NCBI GenBank assembly: GCA_963762145.1
Contig: CAVXJS010000021.1
Location: 928,001 to 992,000, forward strand
Direction of reading: 5' to 3'
From: an uncultured Candidatus Rokubacteria bacterium
GTDB lineage: Bacteria; Methylomirabilota; Methylomirabilia; Rokubacteriales; CSP1-6
Length of the DNA stretch: 64,000 nt
Shown here: in pieces, positions 60,415 to 64,000 of the stretch
How positions within the stretch are numbered: the stretch's first letter is position 1
Layout: every line of letters starts with the position of its first letter
Translations under genes and position numbers: made by a program
The notes under the pieces: generated by a model
What the model was told of the DNA's origin: nothing
Seen by the model: only the letters and a program-made list of their open reading frames with translations
Databases searched by the model: none

Positions 60415-61316
60415 CCGAGTATCTCGTGGCGCTGGCGACGATCATCGGCATCCAGGCCCTGCTCACGCTGGGCCTCACCATGCACTACGGCGTCACCGGC
60501 CTCGTGAACTTCGGCCACGTCGCCTTCTACGCTCTCGGCGCCTACACCTCCGGCCTCCTCACGCTGGCCGGGGTCCACTTCGGGGTGGCGATGGCCGCCG
60601 GGGTCGTGCTCGCGGTGGCGGCGAGCCTGCTCGTCGGCGCCACCACGCTGCGCCTGCGCGAGGACTACTTCGCCATCGTGACGCTCGGCTTCTCCGAGCT
60701 GCTCCGCCTGCTCCTGCTGAACGCGCGCGAGCTGACCCGCGGCCCGCTCGGCATCCCCGGCATCCCGCGGCCTTGGCGCAACCTGTTCGGCGTGCCCGAC
60801 CACGTCGCGTACCTGGCGCTCGTCGCCATCGCGGTGCTGATCGCGTTCGTCCTGAGCGAGATCCTGGCGCGCAGCCCGCTCGGGCGCACCCTGCGGGCCG
60901 TCCGCGACGACGACCAGGCCGCGATGGCGCTCGGCAAGAACGTCCTGCGCTTCCGTCTCACCGCCCTCGGCTGGGGCGCCGGCCTCGCCGCCGTCGCGGG
61001 CAGCCTGTGGGCGCACTACGTCACCTACGTCGTGCCCGACCAGTTCACGCCCGAGATCACGTTCTACACCTGGATGGCGATGATCATCGGCGGCCCGGGC
61101 TCCATGCGCGGCGCCCTCTGGGGCACCGCTATCCTGGTTGGAGTCCTGGAAGGCACGCGGTTCGCGAAGGAGGTCCTCCCGATGATCGACGCGCCCCGGC
61201 TCGCCGCCCTGCGCCAGATCGCGATCGGCGTGGGCCTGATCGTGATGACCGTCTACGTCCGCAAGCTCGGCGGCCGCACGCGCCCCCGCGTGGCGCCCGC
61301 CTCGGTGTCGGCGTGA
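60411..61316 (+). CDS. livM: Branched-chain amino acid ABC permease (LivM-like)
   Basis: GLVNFGHVAFY..GAY, LRLREDYFAIVTL, GRTLRAVRDD. Confidence 0.92.
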   Translation: MTEYLVALATIIGIQALLTLGLTMHYGVTGLVNFGHVAFYALGAYTSGLLTLAGVHFGVAMAAGVVLAVAASLLVGATTLRLREDYFAIVTLGFSELLRLLLLNARELTRGPLGIPGIPRPWRNLFGVPDHVAYLALVAIAVLIAFVLSEILARSPLGRTLRAVRDDDQAAMALGKNVLRFRLTALGWGAGLAAVAGSLWAHYVTYVVPDQFTPEITFYTWMAMIIGGPGSMRGALWGTAILVGVLEGTRFAKEVLPMIDAPRLAALRQIAIGVGLIVMTVYVRKLGGRTRPRVAPASVSA

Positions 61317-61347
61317 GCCGACGCGACCAGCCTGAAGGGAGACAGCC

Positions 61348-62112
61348 ATGACCACGCTCTTCGACCTCACGGGCAAGGTCGCCATCGTCACCGGCGCCGG
61401 GCGCGGCCTCGGCAAGACGATCGCGCTCGGCCTCGCCCAGCACGGCGCCGACATCGTGGCGGTGAGCCGCACCCTGCCCCAGGTGGAGAAGGTGGCGGCG
61501 GAGATCACCGGCCTCGGCCGCAAGGCGGTCGCCATGAAGATCGACACGTCCCGGAAGGCGGACGTCGACCGCATGGTGGCCAAGACGATGGAGACGTGGG
61601 GCCGCGTCGACGTCCTCGTGAACAACGCGGGCATCGACAACATCAAGCCCGCCATCGACTACACCGAAGCGGAGTGGGACGAGATCGTCGACATCAACCT
61701 CAAGGGCTATTTCCTCTGCGCGCAGGCGGCCGGCCGGGAGATGCTGCGCCGGAAGCGCGGCAGCATCGTCATGAACTCCTCGATGGCGGGCTCGATCGGC
61801 ATTCCCTGGCTCGTCCCCTACGGCTCGGCGAAGGGCGGCGTGAACCAGCTCACCCGAACGCTCGCGGTGGAGTGGGCGCGCGAGGGCGTGCGCGTGAACG
61901 CCTTCTCCCCGGGCTACTTCGAGAACGTCATGCAGGGCGCCGAGAACATCCACAACGAGGAGAAGGAGCGCCACATCCGCGAGCGCACCCCGATGGGCCG
62001 GCGCGGGCGCGCCGAGGAGCTGGTGGGTCCCGTCGTGTTTCTCGCCTCCGACGCGTCGTCGTACGTCACCGGCCATCTGCTCATGGTCGAAGGCGGCTGG
62101 ACCGCCGCATGA
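61348..62112 (+). CDS. Short-chain dehydrogenase/reductase
   Basis: TGAGRGLG, NNAG, YGSAK. Confidence 0.93.
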   Translation: MTTLFDLTGKVAIVTGAGRGLGKTIALGLAQHGADIVAVSRTLPQVEKVAAEITGLGRKAVAMKIDTSRKADVDRMVAKTMETWGRVDVLVNNAGIDNIKPAIDYTEAEWDEIVDINLKGYFLCAQAAGREMLRRKRGSIVMNSSMAGSIGIPWLVPYGSAKGGVNQLTRTLAVEWAREGVRVNAFSPGYFENVMQGAENIHNEEKERHIRERTPMGRRGRAEELVGPVVFLASDASSYVTGHLLMVEGGWTAA

Positions 62113-63173
62113 TCTTCGAGTACCTCGCCAAGTACGATTTCCGCAAGGTAGTGCTCTGCCACAACGCTGACGTCGGCCTGAAGGCCGTCATCGCCGTCCA
62201 CTCCACCGCCCTCGGCCCCGCCTGTGGCGGCCTCCGCATGTGGGCCTACGCCTCGGAGGAGGAGGCGATCATGGACGCCCTGCGCCTCGGCCGCGGCATG
62301 ACCTACAAGTACGCGGCGGCCGGGGTCAACCTCGGCGGCGGCAAAGCCGTCATCATCGGCGACCCCAAGACGCAGAAGACCGAAGCGCTCATCCGTGCAA
62401 TGGGCCGCTTCATCCAGTCGCTCCACGGCGAGTACAAGACCGGCGAGGACGTGGGCACCACGCTGGACGACATGGAGCTGCTCTACCAGGAGACCGAGCA
62501 CGTCATCACGCTGCCGGAGTATTGCGGCGGCGCCGGCAACATCGGCCCCGCCACCGCCTTCGGCGTGCAGCAGGCCATGAAGGCGTGCGCCCACGAGGTG
62601 TGGGGCTCCGACCGCCTCCAGGGGCGCACGATCACCATCCAGGGCCTCGGCGCCGTCGGCTGGCCCGCGGTCGAGGGGCTCGTCAAGGAAGGCGCCCGGG
62701 TGATCGTGGCCGATATCGACCCCGCCAGGGTCGAGCGCGCCAAGCGCGAGCTCGGCGTGGCCGCCGTCGACCCCGCCGAGATCCACGCGCAGGCGTGCGA
62801 CATCTACGGTCCCTACGCGCTCGGCGCCGTCATCAACGACCGAACACTGCCCGAGCTCAACTGCAAGATCGTGTGCGGGAGCGCCAACAATCAGCTCGCC
62901 GAGGAGCGCCACGGCGATCTCCTGCACGAGCGCGGCATCCTGTACGCGCCCGACTACATCGCCAACGCGGGCGGAACCATCTTCGACACCGATCGGATCG
63001 CCCAGAAGGGCGGCTTCAACCGCGAGCGGGCATGGCGGAACGTGTCCCGCATCCGCGAGCGCATGACGGAGCTGATCGACATCTCCAAGGCCGAGCGGAT
63101 CCCGACTTGGCTGGCCGCGAATCGACTGGCGGAGCGTCGGCTGGAGATGGCGCGACAGCTCCGGATGATCTGA
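62109..63173 (+). CDS. Leu/Phe/Val dehydrogenase
   Basis: HSTALGPACGGLR, GMTYK, GGGK, EDVGT, QGLGAVG, GSANNQL, PDYIANAGG. Confidence 0.93.
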   Translation: MIFEYLAKYDFRKVVLCHNADVGLKAVIAVHSTALGPACGGLRMWAYASEEEAIMDALRLGRGMTYKYAAAGVNLGGGKAVIIGDPKTQKTEALIRAMGRFIQSLHGEYKTGEDVGTTLDDMELLYQETEHVITLPEYCGGAGNIGPATAFGVQQAMKACAHEVWGSDRLQGRTITIQGLGAVGWPAVEGLVKEGARVIVADIDPARVERAKRELGVAAVDPAEIHAQACDIYGPYALGAVINDRTLPELNCKIVCGSANNQLAEERHGDLLHERGILYAPDYIANAGGTIFDTDRIAQKGGFNRERAWRNVSRIRERMTELIDISKAERIPTWLAANRLAERRLEMARQLRMI

Positions 63174-63189
63174 CGTGTTGGCTCATCAC

Positions 63190-63291
63190 GTGGATACTCG
63201 CAAGGGCGCGAAGCCCGCCGATCTTCCCATCGAGCAGCCGACCAAGTTCGAGCTCGTCATCAACCTCAAGACAGCCGCGACGCTCCGCTTC
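63190..63291 (+). pseudogene. C-terminal remnant of a PF04392-type ABC binding protein
   Basis: KGAKPADLPIEQPTKFELVINLKTA is the family's C-terminal signature, yet it sits upstream of a full-length start. Confidence 0.8.
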
Positions 63292-64000
63292 ATGAACCGG
63301 CGTACCTTCATCGGCGGCACCACCCTCGGGCTCCTCGCGGCACCCCACGGGATCCCCGCGCAGCCCGCGCGCAGGGTGGCCCGCATCGGCATGCTCGGCC
63401 TGGCCGCGACCGCCGAGCTGACCGGGCCTCACCCGAAGAGCCGGTCCGCCGACGCCTTGTTGCGTGGACTGCGCGAGCTCGGCTACGTATATGGTGAGCA
63501 CTTCGTGACCGAGGGGCGCGGAGCCGACGCGAAACCGGAGCGCTTCCCCGCTCTGGTGGCCGAGCTGATCCGCCTTCGCGTGGACGTGATCGTCGCCGCC
63601 GGGCCGTCGCACTCCGCGCTCAAGCAGGCCACCTCGACGATCCCCGTGGTGATGGCGGCGTCCTCCGACCCGGTGGGTCAGGGACTCGTCCAGAGCCTCG
63701 GACGTCCGGGCGGCAACTTCACCGGGCTGAGCTTTCAATCGGTGGAGACGACCGGGAAACGCCTCGAGCTCCTCAAGGAGCTGGTGCCGGGCGCAGGGCT
63801 GGTCGCGATCATCTGGAATCGTTCGAACATTTTCCACCTGCAGGCCGCCGAGGCCGCCGCACAGGCGCAACGGGTGAGGATGCTGTCGATCGAGATCAAC
63901 GACTCGGGCGAGATCGAGGGCGCATTCAAGACCGCAACCGCGGCGCGGGCCGGCGCGGTCCTCGTATTCGCGGCCGGAGTCCTCTACCCGCACGCCAGGC
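63292..64000 (+). CDS. Putative ABC transporter substrate-binding protein (PF04392-type), runs off the right edge
   Basis: MNRRTFI leader, GLRELGY, VDVIVA, DPVGQGLVQSLGRPGGNFTGLS, KRLELLKELVP. Confidence 0.9.
   Translation, partial: MNRRTFIGGTTLGLLAAPHGIPAQPARRVARIGMLGLAATAELTGPHPKSRSADALLRGLRELGYVYGEHFVTEGRGADAKPERFPALVAELIRLRVDVIVAAGPSHSALKQATSTIPVVMAASSDPVGQGLVQSLGRPGGNFTGLSFQSVETTGKRLELLKELVPGAGLVAIIWNRSNIFHLQAAEAAAQAQRVRMLSIEINDSGEIEGAFKTATAARAGAVLVFAAGVLYPHAR

Overview
Very GC-rich bacterial DNA. The gene content (LLM oxidoreductases, Tat-exported binding proteins, PF04392-type ABC binding proteins) suggests Candidatus Rokubacteria/Methylomirabilota, but that is an inference. The window has four blocks. 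(1) ~0.5-17 kb is a hypoxia/dormancy-type cluster: four universal stress protein genes, an M50-CBS protease, a P-type ATPase, an APH+AAA kinase, pyk, glk and gnd. (2) ~17-21 kb is a patchwork of gene fragments (sucA, mrpA, coxL-like, DUF1028, pcm). (3) ~21-39 kb is a general-stress-type accessory block (DUF421, an atypical caa3-like oxidase, GH13 enzymes, paoABC/yagTSR, PRC-barrel, patatin) bracketed by a ~60-bp imperfect direct repeat. (4) ~39-64 kb holds catabolic and ABC-transport operons. The most notable signal is two probable selenoproteins that the ORF track splits at an in-frame UGA, each followed by a SECIS-like hairpin: a DedA-rhodanese fusion (YCT-U-PNE) and an AhpD/CMD protein (CPF-U). 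Many single-base frameshifts are clustered at 32-35 kb and 49-60 kb and are probably assembly errors. No rRNA, tRNA, CRISPR array or transposase/integrase gene was recognised.
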